From: a bacterium
Lineage (GTDB): Bacteria; UBA8248; JACPRG01; G963555815
DNA length: 64,000 nt
Direction: 5' to 3'
Assembly: GCA_965218795.1 (NCBI GenBank)
Contig: OZ244653.1
Coordinates: forward strand, 1,312,001-1,376,000
Shown in pieces: positions 10,348 to 20,545 of the stretch (position 1 is the first letter of the stretch; every line of letters begins with the position of its first letter). The position numbers and the translations under genes are program-made. Below the pieces are notes generated by a model that saw nothing but the letters and a program-made list of their open reading frames with translations, searched no databases and was not told where the DNA came from.

Positions 10348-12753
10348 GTGAAGACACTGATCCATGCCTTGGCTCTTTTCGCCCTGATTGCGGCTTCGGG
10401 TTGTGGGGGCGGAGGTGGTGGATCGTCTCGGATGCCGCCTCCACCACCGCCCCAGCCGCAACCTCCGGCGCCGTCCCAGCCGCAGCCTCCGGCCCCGCCC
10501 CAGCCGCAGCCGCCCTGCATTCAGACCGCCGAGCTGGGATGCCTGTCATCGGCGGAGTACGAACAGAGGCGTGACGAAATCGCCGAACTCCACAATGGCG
10601 AGGACGATTTCAAAAACCAGTGGGGGCTGAGCACGATCCGGTCGGACCGGGCCTACGCGCAACTCGAGCTGGAGCACGGCGCCGGTACGGAACCGGGCAG
10701 CGGCATCACGGTCGGCGTGATCGACTCCGGGATCGATACGGGGCACCCGGTGTTCGCCGGCAAGACGGTGACCGAGGAGTTTCTGAGCGGGGCAACGGAC
10801 GAGACCGGCGACGAGAGGTCCCACGGCACGGCGGTCGCGAGCGTGATCGTGGGTAAGCCGAGCGCCACGTTCACCGACGCGGTGACTGCCGCCCGCGGCG
10901 TCGCCCGGGGCGCCGATATCGCGATGTTCGCCATCCGGGCCGGTTCGAGAAGCGGCAACTATGTCCCGGTATCGCTGGCCGGCCTCGACAGCGGAGACGA
11001 CGTATGGGCGGGTTGGTTAAGCCGCGCGCTCGAATGGAACAGCGGCGGCCGGACCATCGATTTCGTGAATCTGAGCGTGGGCTACCACGGAATCATCGAC
11101 CAGTACAGCGAACAGCAGCTCCGCGACAACTTCGGCGACGCGATCGCCGCGATCGCACAGAGCGGCGCGAGCGACAAGACCGTCTTCGTCTGGTCCGCCG
11201 GCAACGCCCACGGAGACCCGTGCGATGCGGCCGACTTTCCGAACCATCCGGAACTCTGCGCAGGGGACGCCGTCGTCGCCAAGTCGGTCGAGGTGCTGTC
11301 CGGCCTGCCCGCGCGAATCTCCCAGTTGCGCGGGCACCATATCGCCGTCGTGGCGATCGGTGGGGACGGCGAGATCACCTCCTTCTCCAATCGCTGCGGC
11401 ATCGCGGCCGACTGGTGCCTCGCGGCCCCCGGCGCAGGGGTGCGGGCGGCCTATTTCGGACCCCACCCCGACGACAACACTCCGGGAGCCCGGGGCGCCT
11501 ACACCGCGAACGGAACATCCTTTGCCGCGCCCATGGTGACGGGCGGGCTCGCGGTGATGAAGCATTATTTCCGCGACCAGCTCTCGAACACCGCCCTGGT
11601 CGCACGGCTTCTGGCGACGGCCAACAACGAGGGCATCTATTCGGACGGCGACACTTACGGCCAGGGTCTGATGGACCTGGCCGCCGCGACGGCGCCGGTC
11701 GGCGTCGCGAGCGTCGCGCTCAGCGACCGGGTGGACGGCCCCGGCAACGATCTGGCGGCGACCCGTTTCGCGCTTGGCGGCGCGCTCGGCGACGGTCTCA
11801 CACAGGCGCTCGCCGGGCTGGAGATCGCGGCCTTCGACTCCCTGGGCGCACCGTTCTGGTTCTCGCTCGGCGATTTCACCGGCGCCGGTCCCGGCCTCCC
11901 GGCGGCTGGGCGGCTGCGCGGCTTCATGGCGCCGCTGCGGGCGGGTCGGGAGTCCGGGGCATTTCGGCCCGCCTTCGGTGCGGTCGCGGCCGATGATAGC
12001 GCCGCCGGCCCGGCCCCGTTTCGGCTCGGTCTGCTGGAAGCGCCTGCCCTGGGCACCGACGGCGGGCATCTCTCGCTCGCCGGGCCGGCGCTGACCCTGA
12101 GCACGGCGGAGCGGGAGGGGTTGAGCTTTGCCGCCTTCTCGACCGAAGGGATGCGCGGACAAGCGCCGGCGTCAGGCGCCACCTTGTCGTGGCGGCCGTC
12201 CGAGGCGCCGGTCGGTGTGCGCGGCGGCTGGGTGGCCGAGGGCGAGACCCTGCTCGGCAGCACGTCAACCGGCGCCTTCGGGCGGGTATCGGCCAGTTCC
12301 GCCTTCGCCGGCATCGAGGGGAACGCGCGGATCGGCGCGTGGCGGATCGACGCCGGCGCCGAAATCGGCACGGTTAACGCGGCGGCGCGCGGCGGGATAC
12401 TCGCCGGCTTGTCGCCCCTGACCACCAGCGCGTTTGCCCTCCAGGCGGAGAGGCCGCTGGCCGAAGGGACTACGCTGCTGCTCTCGGTGGCGCAGCCGCT
12501 CCGCGTCGAGGCCGGCCGCGCCAGGCTCTCGGTTCCGATCGGCCGCACCAAGGACGGGCGCGTGCTGCGCCGGTCGGTGTCGGCCGATCTCGAGCCCACG
12601 GGCCGGCAGATCGACGTCACGGCCCAATGGCGTCTGGCCCTGACAGAGGACGGCGAACTGCGCCTGGGCGCGGGCTGGACCTGGCAGCCGGGACACAACG
12701 CGGCGGCGGACCCCGATCTCAGCCTCCTCGCCGGTTGGCGCTACACTTTCTGA
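10348..12753 (+). CDS. S8 subtilisin-like serine peptidase lipoprotein with probable C-terminal beta-barrel
   Basis: Lipobox-like ASGC; catalytic triad in VIDSG, SHGT and GTSFAAP; C-terminal WRYTF. Confidence 0.88.
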   Translation: MKTLIHALALFALIAASGCGGGGGGSSRMPPPPPPQPQPPAPSQPQPPAPPQPQPPCIQTAELGCLSSAEYEQRRDEIAELHNGEDDFKNQWGLSTIRSDRAYAQLELEHGAGTEPGSGITVGVIDSGIDTGHPVFAGKTVTEEFLSGATDETGDERSHGTAVASVIVGKPSATFTDAVTAARGVARGADIAMFAIRAGSRSGNYVPVSLAGLDSGDDVWAGWLSRALEWNSGGRTIDFVNLSVGYHGIIDQYSEQQLRDNFGDAIAAIAQSGASDKTVFVWSAGNAHGDPCDAADFPNHPELCAGDAVVAKSVEVLSGLPARISQLRGHHIAVVAIGGDGEITSFSNRCGIAADWCLAAPGAGVRAAYFGPHPDDNTPGARGAYTANGTSFAAPMVTGGLAVMKHYFRDQLSNTALVARLLATANNEGIYSDGDTYGQGLMDLAAATAPVGVASVALSDRVDGPGNDLAATRFALGGALGDGLTQALAGLEIAAFDSLGAPFWFSLGDFTGAGPGLPAAGRLRGFMAPLRAGRESGAFRPAFGAVAADDSAAGPAPFRLGLLEAPALGTDGGHLSLAGPALTLSTAEREGLSFAAFSTEGMRGQAPASGATLSWRPSEAPVGVRGGWVAEGETLLGSTSTGAFGRVSASSAFAGIEGNARIGAWRIDAGAEIGTVNAAARGGILAGLSPLTTSAFALQAERPLAEGTTLLLSVAQPLRVEAGRARLSVPIGRTKDGRVLRRSVSADLEPTGRQIDVTAQWRLALTEDGELRLGAGWTWQPGHNAAADPDLSLLAGWRYTF
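10435..10516 (+). repeat. About 3 x 24-bp coding tandem repeat (PQPQPPAP linker)
   Basis: cccagccgca(a/g)cc recurs at a 24-nt period. Confidence 0.8.
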
Positions 12754-12924
12754 TTCCGGTCGAGACGGGCCGTGTGGCCGGAGGTGGGGCTGGACGAGGT
12801 GGGATGATCGCCAACCGGGAGCCAGGCGCCGTGCCTCGTCCGTTCTGGCCGGGTACGCGGCGCGTCGGCTTGTGGAGGCTGCCGGCGCAGCGCCGGTTTG
12901 CCCGCCGGTTTCTCTTCAGGCCGC

Positions 12925-13390
12925 CACCGGGACAAATAGGCTGTTACCTATCTCACTTCAAAGCCTACCGCGCCCTGTTGGACTCCGGAGACGAGTCCGC
13001 GCTTATCCTGGAGGACGATGCCGAACTCTCGTCCGAGTTGCCCGATTGCCTTGACCCGATGACCCACGCGGCCCAGGAGATCGATCTCCTGTTCCTGGAG
13101 GACCGGCGCCCGCATCGGGCCAATTGGTCCGATAAGCCCGGCCCGCCAGATTTGCCTCAAGCGTTTTAGCGGAATTGGCGCCACCTCTTACACGATCAAC
13201 CGCCGCGGAGAGCCAACTCGGCGATCATCGCCTCCCCCTGCGCCGTCGGTCCGGCTGGATCGATCGGGCCGCGTGGCGGATTCATCGAACCCGGGACAGG
13301 CTTGTGAAGCATCTTTTTTCAGGGTTCAACAAAAGAGAATGGTGCGCGCCTATCGCAAGATCTCAATGCCCGCCTTTTTCATGCGGATTC
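12925..13390 (+). pseudogene. Glycosyltransferase family 25 remnant
   Basis: GQIGCYLSHFKAYRALLDSGDESALILEDDA is GT25-like; no proper N-terminus and an early stop. Confidence 0.7.
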
Positions 13391-13609
13391 CCACGCAAGC
13401 GGGAATGACGGGCTTGGGGGCTAGTCCCCGAAGGCTCCCGTTGGAGGCCATGCCGCATGGGTTCCCGTCCCCGTCCGGCAACAAGGCCGCTCCGCCGCGT
13501 GAAGCCGAACAGCCGTCTCCCCCCCACCGGCTCGGCTGCGCCTTGCCGACTCCCCCTCAAGGGGGGAGTGATTCAAGGACCAGGGGGAGGCTTCCACGGG
13601 AATGACAGT
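13385..13609. repeat. Composite of REP-like palindromes
   Basis: GGATTCCCACGCAAGCGGGAATGAC, CTCCCCCTCAAGGGGGGAG and CCACGGGAATGAC between convergent genes. Confidence 0.65.
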
Positions 13610-13629
13610 CGGAACGCTTCGCGCATTCC

Positions 13630-14040
13630 TCAGTCCGGCTTCGCCTCGACCAGCTCGATCAACGCCCCGTTCGTGCTTTTGGGATGGAAAAAGAAGATCA
13701 GCTCGCCCTGAATGCCCGGCCGCGGCTCTTCGTCCAGCGGTTCCAGGCCCTCCTCGATCATGGTTTTGACCGCCTTGTGGATGTCCGGCACCTGGTAGGC
13801 CAGGTGATGGATCCCCTCCCCCCGCTTCTTGAGGAACCTGTCCATGACCGTACCCTCTTTGGTCGGAGCGAGGAATTCGATGGCCGTATCGCCGATCATC
13901 ACAAAGGCCGCATCCACTTCGTCGTTGTGGTTGGGATGGCGGCTTCGGACCTTTCCCCCCAGCGTTTTTTCGTAGTTCTCGATGGCCGCCTCCATATCCG
14001 ACACGGTTACGCCGATGTGATCCAATTTTCCCAGTTCCAC
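13630..14040 (-). CDS. mce: Methylmalonyl-CoA epimerase / VOC family protein
   Basis: LDHIG, FLKKRGEGIHHLAY, FFHPKSTNGALIELVE; GGAGG upstream of GTG. Confidence 0.82.
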   Translation of the reverse strand: MELGKLDHIGVTVSDMEAAIENYEKTLGGKVRSRHPNHNDEVDAAFVMIGDTAIEFLAPTKEGTVMDRFLKKRGEGIHHLAYQVPDIHKAVKTMIEEGLEPLDEEPRPGIQGELIFFFHPKSTNGALIELVEAKPD

Positions 14041-14195
14041 GGTGATCCCTCCAGGCATGAGGAAACGCGCCCGCTCTGATTTCGCCGGGCACAGGGCCAA
14101 TGATTTACAATTCCATCGTTCGCCCGGCTACGGCGCTCATTGGGCGCCGCGAAAACGGAGAGGCGCGTTGCCTCCCCAAAAGCCCCCTGAATCCA

Positions 14196-14750
14196 TCAAG
14201 CGCGGTCAATCACCACCTCATCGCGGTCGTCGACTTCGCGCAGGAGCACCCGGACGCGGTCCTCCGGGCCGGTGGACACCTTCCGGCCGACGAAATCCGC
14301 GCTGATCGGCAACTCGCGGCCCTCGCGGTCAACCAGGACGGCCAGGCTGATGCGGCTCGGCCGGCCGAAGCTCATCACGCCCGTCATCGCGGCGCGCACC
14401 GTCCGCCCCGTCCATAGCACATCGTCCACCAGGACGATGTGAATCCCCTCCACGCCGAAGGGGATCTCGGTCCGATGGATCTGGATACCGGTCCGGAGGG
14501 GGTCATAATCATCCCTGTATATCGTGGCATCAAGCACACCGGCGGGAACCTGTCCCTCTCCCCGGGAATCCTCTCCGTGCGCCGCGACGGACTCCCGGAG
14601 GCGATTGGCCAGAAACTCACCCCGCGTCCGAATTCCCACCAAGGCCAGGTTGCGGACCCCCCGGTTTTCTTCCACGATTTCCGCTCCCATTCGGTCCAGG
14701 GCCCTTTGAATGTCGTCCATCGTCAGGATGCAGCGCGCGTTGCCGCTCAT
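14196..14750 (-). CDS. pyrR: Bifunctional pyrimidine regulator / uracil phosphoribosyltransferase
   Basis: GIRTRG, LDATIYRDD, VLVDDVLWTGRTVRAA, DREGRELPISADFVG. Confidence 0.93.
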   Translation of the reverse strand: MSGNARCILTMDDIQRALDRMGAEIVEENRGVRNLALVGIRTRGEFLANRLRESVAAHGEDSRGEGQVPAGVLDATIYRDDYDPLRTGIQIHRTEIPFGVEGIHIVLVDDVLWTGRTVRAAMTGVMSFGRPSRISLAVLVDREGRELPISADFVGRKVSTGPEDRVRVLLREVDDRDEVVIDRA

Positions 14751-16015
14751 GGCGTTTCCCCTTCGGGCTCGGCATCCGCCAGCCGCCGGACCGCCTCCAG
14801 GACGACCCGCGAACCCTGGACGACCTCCTCCAGCTCGGTCCATTCGGCGGGGTTGTGGCTGATGCCTTCCCGGCAGGGGACCAGGACCAGGCCGGTCTTC
14901 GCGATCCGGGCGATCTGCATCGCATCGTGTCCCGCGCCGCAGGGCATCAACCGGTAGGAAAACGCCTCCGCCCGGCAGGCCTCCTCGATCAGATCGACCA
15001 TCTTCGGCTCCATCGCCACGGGAAGCCCCCGGGCCAGCCGGTTGATCTCCACTTGGAGGTCCCGCTCGCGCGCGATGGCTTCGGCCCGTGATTTCACCTG
15101 TTCCTCGATCTCGTCCTTGGCCGGTTCCGACGTGCTCCGGATATCGATACCCAGCTCCACGCGGCCGGGGATCACGTTCATTGCGCAGGGATGGACGCGG
15201 ACGACGCCCACCGTCCCCACAACCGACGGGTCGGTCCCCCGGCAGAGGGTTTCGACAGCCGCGGTCAGGTGGGCCGCCGCCACGAAGGCGTCGCGGCGGA
15301 GGTTCATGGGCGTCGCGCCGGAATGGTCCGCCCGTCCGATGAAGGTCACCTGCAACCGCGTCGAGTTGGCGATGGCCGTCGCGATTCCGATGTTCAGGCC
15401 TTCGGTCTCCAGCACCCTCCCCTGCTCGATGTGGACCTCGAAGAACGCATGTACATCCCCAGGCGACAGCCTTGCCGAGGCGATCGTATCCGCGTCGAAC
15501 CCCTGGATGGAGAGGAGGTCCCCCAACCGGTACCCTTCGGCGTCCTTGAGCTCCAGGAATTCCTCGGGCCGGAAAATCCCCGCGGCCACACCGGAGCCGA
15601 TGGTCGCCAGCCCGAACCGGCTGGATTCCTCCGAGACGAACACCACGGCCTCCACCGGGCGGCCCGGAGGTTCCGGGTCTTCGCGCAAGGCCCTTGCGAC
15701 CTCCAGGGCGGCCGCGACGCCGACGCTTCCGTCGAACTTGCCGCCGGAGGGAACGGTGTCGATATGGGACCCGACCCAAATCGGGGCCGTTTCCGGACTC
15801 CGGCCCTCGACTCGCCCGAAGAGGTTGCCGATGCCGTCCATCCGTACAGACAGACCGGCCGCCTGCATCAGATGAAAAGCCAGTTGCCGGGCTGCAATCT
15901 CCTGCTGAGAGAAAGAGAGCCTCTGAACGCCTCCGTCGGGCCGGGCGCCAATTCGGGCAAACCGGACCAGATCCGAACGTATGCGGCCGGATTGAATTGC
16001 GGGCCTTGTCCTCAT
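14747..16015 (-). CDS. M20 Zn-dependent hydrolase (N-carbamoyl-amino acid / allantoate amidohydrolase family)
   Basis: GSHIDTV..GGKFDG, EESSRF, EVHIEQG, GAGHDA, GISHNPAE. Confidence 0.92.
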   Translation of the reverse strand: MRTRPAIQSGRIRSDLVRFARIGARPDGGVQRLSFSQQEIAARQLAFHLMQAAGLSVRMDGIGNLFGRVEGRSPETAPIWVGSHIDTVPSGGKFDGSVGVAAALEVARALREDPEPPGRPVEAVVFVSEESSRFGLATIGSGVAAGIFRPEEFLELKDAEGYRLGDLLSIQGFDADTIASARLSPGDVHAFFEVHIEQGRVLETEGLNIGIATAIANSTRLQVTFIGRADHSGATPMNLRRDAFVAAAHLTAAVETLCRGTDPSVVGTVGVVRVHPCAMNVIPGRVELGIDIRSTSEPAKDEIEEQVKSRAEAIARERDLQVEINRLARGLPVAMEPKMVDLIEEACRAEAFSYRLMPCGAGHDAMQIARIAKTGLVLVPCREGISHNPAEWTELEEVVQGSRVVLEAVRRLADAEPEGETP

Positions 16016-17044
16016 CGATGTCTCTCCTGACCGCAAACCGCTGGAATCGGCATCGTGCGAAATCCCCGGCCCTGTGTCAATATCGGATCAATTTTCTTTA
16101 GAAACCCTATCTGCACGGCAAAAAGTGTATGCCGCATAGTCAGACAAAAAGGAAACCGAAAGGGCCTTTGACCTGAAAAGAGGGTCAGATGTTGCGTTGA
16201 TCCATTGTGTCGTAAAGGAGTCACCATGAGGGAAGCCGCTCTGACTTACTTACGCAAATCTGCAAGGGATGGACTGCTCGATGGTCAAAGGCCTGACGCC
16301 GGAGCCATTGCAGGGCGCGCTTACAGACGAAGAAACGAGCCTGCCGGACTCTATCATCCCTGAAGAAGAACAGCCCTGACCCGTTAGGTCCGGTCCCCCG
16401 GCCCTCCCCGGAAGACTGATTTCCCGTCTGCTTTCCGTATCGACTGAGAAAAAATCTCAGCGTCGAATGCCTCGGGTATTCATCGGCTCATCAAAACCGA
16501 TTCGATCGAAATGACGACGATATTTGCGTGCTGCACCAAGCCAGAACAATCAGGAAAAGGGCAAACCATCACAGGGAGTCGAGGACTTGCCGGGGATGTG
16601 TTCGCCGTGAGGCCCGTCCTGCACCGGAACCGTGGCGCCCGACCCGACGGCGGCGTTCCTGAACATCTCCCCCGGGAAGAGCGAGACGACGTTCGACGTC
16701 TTCTCATTGGGGTGGACATGACGCCACTTCCTCTTACCGAAAATCAATCCCACAAGAGGGCCTCATCAATATCACCCCTCACTGCACATCGGCGCAATCC
16801 ATGCTTTCAACGACCATCAATCATGAAGAACCCCCGCCTATCATCATTCCATTTAATCCAGTTAATCCAGGCTCATTGACTCACGCAATTCAATGGGATT
16901 TCCGCTGCACTTCCCACCAAATTCCTTTCTCCCGCGGGCTTATCAATCCAATTCAATTGCCCCCCCTCAGGGGTTTTGTTAGGATGGCCCGACGAAGATC
17001 CAATCATCGCGGGGGAAGGCAACGGCAGAGGGGGATTACAGAAT

Positions 17045-18235
17045 ATGAGTGCTTCCGTCTTAATCAAGAACCTGGCGACCATCGTTTCAGGAGATATGAA
17101 GGCTCCTCTGATCGACGGAGAGGCCATCCGGATCGAGGACGGCAGGATCGCCAGGATCGGCAGCGAATCCGACTGCTCGGGAGACGTGGACCAGACGATC
17201 GACGCGGGAGGAATGACCGCCACCCCCGGCATGATCGATTCCCATGTGCACACGACCCAAGGCGACTTCACCCCCAGGCAGAACACCCTCGGCTGGATCG
17301 AGAGCTGCATGAATTGCGGGATCACCGCCATGCTGTCCGCCGGAGAGGTTCACACGCCCGGCCGCCCGCGGGACGGTCAGGGAGCCAAGGCCATGTCCAT
17401 CCTGGCCGCCAAATCCTTCCGGAACCTCCGGCCGGGGGGCGTCAAGGTGATAGCCGGCGCCGTCATGCTGGAACCCGGCCTGAAGCCGTCGGACTTCGAT
17501 GACATCGCCGATGCCGGCGTGGAGCTGGTGGGCGAAGTGGGGCTGGGCGCCATCCGGGACCCCGAAGAAGTCCAGCCGCTGCTGGCCGCCGCCCGCGCCA
17601 AGGGCATGCGGGTCCTTTGCCACACGGGAGGCGGCTCCATCCCCGGAAGCATGGTGGTGGACGCCGACATGATCCTGGCCGTGGGACCCGATATCGCGTG
17701 CCACCTGAACGGCGGCCCCACGGGCCTCCCCATGCCGGACATCGAGCGCGTCGTGAAGGAATCGGACCTTGCCCTCGAGCTCGTACAGACGGGCAATCAA
17801 AAACGAGCGGTCGAAGCCATGGACCTGTTTCTGGCCGAAGGGGTGGTCGATCGGGTCATCGTGGGGACCGATATGCCCTCGGGGACCGGCGTCATCCCCT
17901 ACGGCGTGATGCGGACAGTGGCCGTCATGTGCGCCTTCAGCGACATCTCTCCGGAAGAGGCGCTTTGCACGGCAACGGGCAATACCGCGCGCATTCACAA
18001 GATGGACGTCGGCTTCCTCAAGGAGGGCGCCCCCGCCGACATCGGGATACTGGATGCTCCGTGGGGTTCTTCGGGAGAGGACGCCCTCGCCGCCCTGAAA
18101 GCCGGGGATACGCCTTCCGTCGGGGCGGTTCTGATTGACGGCGTTCTCCGCGTCTCCAAGAGCCGCACGGCCCCGCCCTGCACACGAAAAATTCATTTTG
18201 AAGGGGGCCACATCCCCGCCGCAGCGGGACACTGA
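17045..18235 (+). CDS. Enamidase-like amidohydrolase
   Basis: DSHVH..GDFTPRQ, HTPGRP, GEVGLG, HTGGGSIPGS, HLNGGPT and PSGTG recall enamidase of nicotinate catabolism. Confidence 0.85.
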   Translation: MSASVLIKNLATIVSGDMKAPLIDGEAIRIEDGRIARIGSESDCSGDVDQTIDAGGMTATPGMIDSHVHTTQGDFTPRQNTLGWIESCMNCGITAMLSAGEVHTPGRPRDGQGAKAMSILAAKSFRNLRPGGVKVIAGAVMLEPGLKPSDFDDIADAGVELVGEVGLGAIRDPEEVQPLLAAARAKGMRVLCHTGGGSIPGSMVVDADMILAVGPDIACHLNGGPTGLPMPDIERVVKESDLALELVQTGNQKRAVEAMDLFLAEGVVDRVIVGTDMPSGTGVIPYGVMRTVAVMCAFSDISPEEALCTATGNTARIHKMDVGFLKEGAPADIGILDAPWGSSGEDALAALKAGDTPSVGAVLIDGVLRVSKSRTAPPCTRKIHFEGGHIPAAAGH

Positions 18236-18291
18236 TCCTCCCGGATACGCCCCATTGAAAGTTCGTCTTTCAGGCCGGCCGCACTGAGCAC

Positions 18292-19338
18292 ATGAACTTC
18301 GAGCTACCCCCGAAAGTAGACGCCGCTCTCCTTCCGACCCGGCTGGAGCGCCTGGACCGCTACAGCGACCGGGTGGGCCGGAACGTCTGGATCAAGCGCG
18401 ATGATCTGACCGAAGCCGCTGCCGGGGGAAACAAGATTCGAAAGCTCGAATACCTGATCGGCGACGCCCGGGAGCAAAAAGCGGATGTCCTGATCACGTG
18501 CGGAGGGATCCAGTCCAATCACGCCCGGACGACCGCCATCGTCGGCCGGAGGCTCGGCCTGGACAGCGTCCTGGTGCTCCGGGGAACCCCACAGGACGCC
18601 CTCGAGGGCAACTACTTGCTGGACCGTCTCGTGGGTGCTGAAGTGGTCTTTGTTTCCCCGGAAGAATACGAGCGGCGCGACGCGGTGATGGCGGACCTCG
18701 CCGAGGACCTCCGCTCGGAGGGGCGGAACCCTTACGTGATTCCGGAGGGGGGAAGCAACGCGCTGGGCGCGATGGGCTACGTGGAAATGATCCGGGAGCT
18801 GAAAGAACAGATGGACGAACAGGGGGTATCGTTCGAATCAATCGTTTGCTGCCTGGGGTCCGGGGGGACCTATGCGGGCATCCTCATGGGGATTGCGTTG
18901 TACGGCATCTCGGCGAAAGCCTTCGGCGTCCTGAATCAGCGGGACGCCGAATATTTCCAAGACCACCTGGAAACGCTGATGAATGACGCCGTCCGGAATC
19001 TGGGCTTCCCCCACGCCGTTCCTCCCGAGGCAATCAAGATGATCGACGGCTACACCGGCCCCGGATACGGCCAGAACACGCCCGAAGAAATCGTGCTGAT
19101 GAACGAAACGGCCCGCGAGGAAGGGATCATCCTCGACCCGGTCTATACAGGCAAAACGTTCTTCGCGCTCGATGACATCCTTCGCAATGACCCATCGGCC
19201 GCCGGCGAGCTCGGCCGGAATATCCTGTTTGTCCATACGGGCGGAATCTTCGGACTTTTCCCGAAACAGAGCGCCTTCGAGGAAGTCTTGACGGAGGGCT
19301 CGCGCCAAGCCGCGGGAAGGAGGCCCCCAGCGGAATGA
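18292..19338 (+). CDS. D-cysteine desulfhydrase / ACC deaminase family PLP enzyme
   Basis: KRDD, GGNKIRKLEY, QSNH, EGGS, LDPVYTGK, HTGG. Confidence 0.92.
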   Translation: MNFELPPKVDAALLPTRLERLDRYSDRVGRNVWIKRDDLTEAAAGGNKIRKLEYLIGDAREQKADVLITCGGIQSNHARTTAIVGRRLGLDSVLVLRGTPQDALEGNYLLDRLVGAEVVFVSPEEYERRDAVMADLAEDLRSEGRNPYVIPEGGSNALGAMGYVEMIRELKEQMDEQGVSFESIVCCLGSGGTYAGILMGIALYGISAKAFGVLNQRDAEYFQDHLETLMNDAVRNLGFPHAVPPEAIKMIDGYTGPGYGQNTPEEIVLMNETAREEGIILDPVYTGKTFFALDDILRNDPSAAGELGRNILFVHTGGIFGLFPKQSAFEEVLTEGSRQAAGRRPPAE

Positions 19339-20303
19339 ACGCGACCGAACGGCTGGGTGAAGGAGTGACATTCGGAATCAACATCGGCGCTCCGTTCGCC
19401 GATCGCATGCCGGACCCCCGGTGGCTTTGCGATCTGGTCGAGGAGATCGAAGCGTTGGGCTTCGACGCAATGTGGGTGAGCGACCACATCCTGCTTCACA
19501 AGGACGTGCACGACAGCCTGGTATTTCTTTCGGCCTTCGCCGCGCGGACGACCCGGATCGTCCTGGGTACGAGCGTCCTCCTGCTCCCGTTACGGCATCC
19601 GACCGTCGTCGCCAAGTCCGTCTCGATTCTCGATCACCTTTCGAACGGACGGATCGTTCTCGGCGTCGGCGTGGGCGGAGAGTTCGCCGAGGAGTTCGAG
19701 GCCTGCGGCGTTCCCCTGAAAGAGCGCGGCGCCCGGGCCGACGAGGCGCTGGAGGTCCTCCGCCGATTGTGGACGGAGGAATCCGTCACGCACGAGGGCC
19801 GCTTTTACCCCTTCCGGGACGCGAACATGCTGCCCCGGCCCGTCCAGCCGGGAGGCCCGGCCATCTGGGTCGGCGGGCGATCCGATGCCGCGCTCCAAAG
19901 AACGGCACGGTTCGGCCGGGCCTGGCTGAGCTATCTCCAGTCGCCCGACAGGGTCGCCGCGGGGATGGAGACCGTCAGGGGACTGGCCCGGGACAACGGG
20001 AGAACGCCGGAGGACATTTTCAGCGCCATTCTCCAATTCGTCTGCCTGGACGACTCACGCGAGAAAGCCCGGACAACGGCGCTCCATGAGATGAACCGGG
20101 GCTACCGCACGAATTTCGAGAAGGTGTTCGACCGATACGTCCCCCACGGCCCGCCGGACGACATCGCGGAGAACGTGGCCCGGTACCAGGAAGCCGGCGT
20201 CCGCCACTTCATCTTCCGTCTCGCTTGTCCATCCGACCGGATTCCGGCCCAGGTGCGGCGGATTGCCGGCGAAGTCATCCCCCGGTTCCGAACTTCAAGG
20301 TAA
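19335..20303 (+). CDS. LLM-class flavin-dependent oxidoreductase
   Basis: WVSDH, LDHLSNGR, PRPVQ..GPAIWVGG. Confidence 0.9.
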   Translation: MNATERLGEGVTFGINIGAPFADRMPDPRWLCDLVEEIEALGFDAMWVSDHILLHKDVHDSLVFLSAFAARTTRIVLGTSVLLLPLRHPTVVAKSVSILDHLSNGRIVLGVGVGGEFAEEFEACGVPLKERGARADEALEVLRRLWTEESVTHEGRFYPFRDANMLPRPVQPGGPAIWVGGRSDAALQRTARFGRAWLSYLQSPDRVAAGMETVRGLARDNGRTPEDIFSAILQFVCLDDSREKARTTALHEMNRGYRTNFEKVFDRYVPHGPPDDIAENVARYQEAGVRHFIFRLACPSDRIPAQVRRIAGEVIPRFRTSR

Positions 20304-20545
20304 GGCTCGGGATTTCCGGGAAACAGGTTTCTTCCAACCTCCCACGGCCGATTCGATTCCACACCGACCAAAAATCGGGGCCGAAATGGAATTCTTTCGA
20401 AAAAACCACTTCCGGGAACAATCAATCCGCCATTTTCCCCAAGAAAACCAGAGAATTTCTACTATGATGGGTATTAAATAAAGGAGTGGAGTCTTGCCAT
20501 CGATGATGGCCTTATACCCGAGGCGTTCGATAGGAGCGGCCGACC

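Noticed and set aside
20494-20520. CueR/CsoR operator (GCCATC-GAT-GATGGC palindrome)
   Set aside because: It matches neither consensus well, and the promoter spacing does not fit
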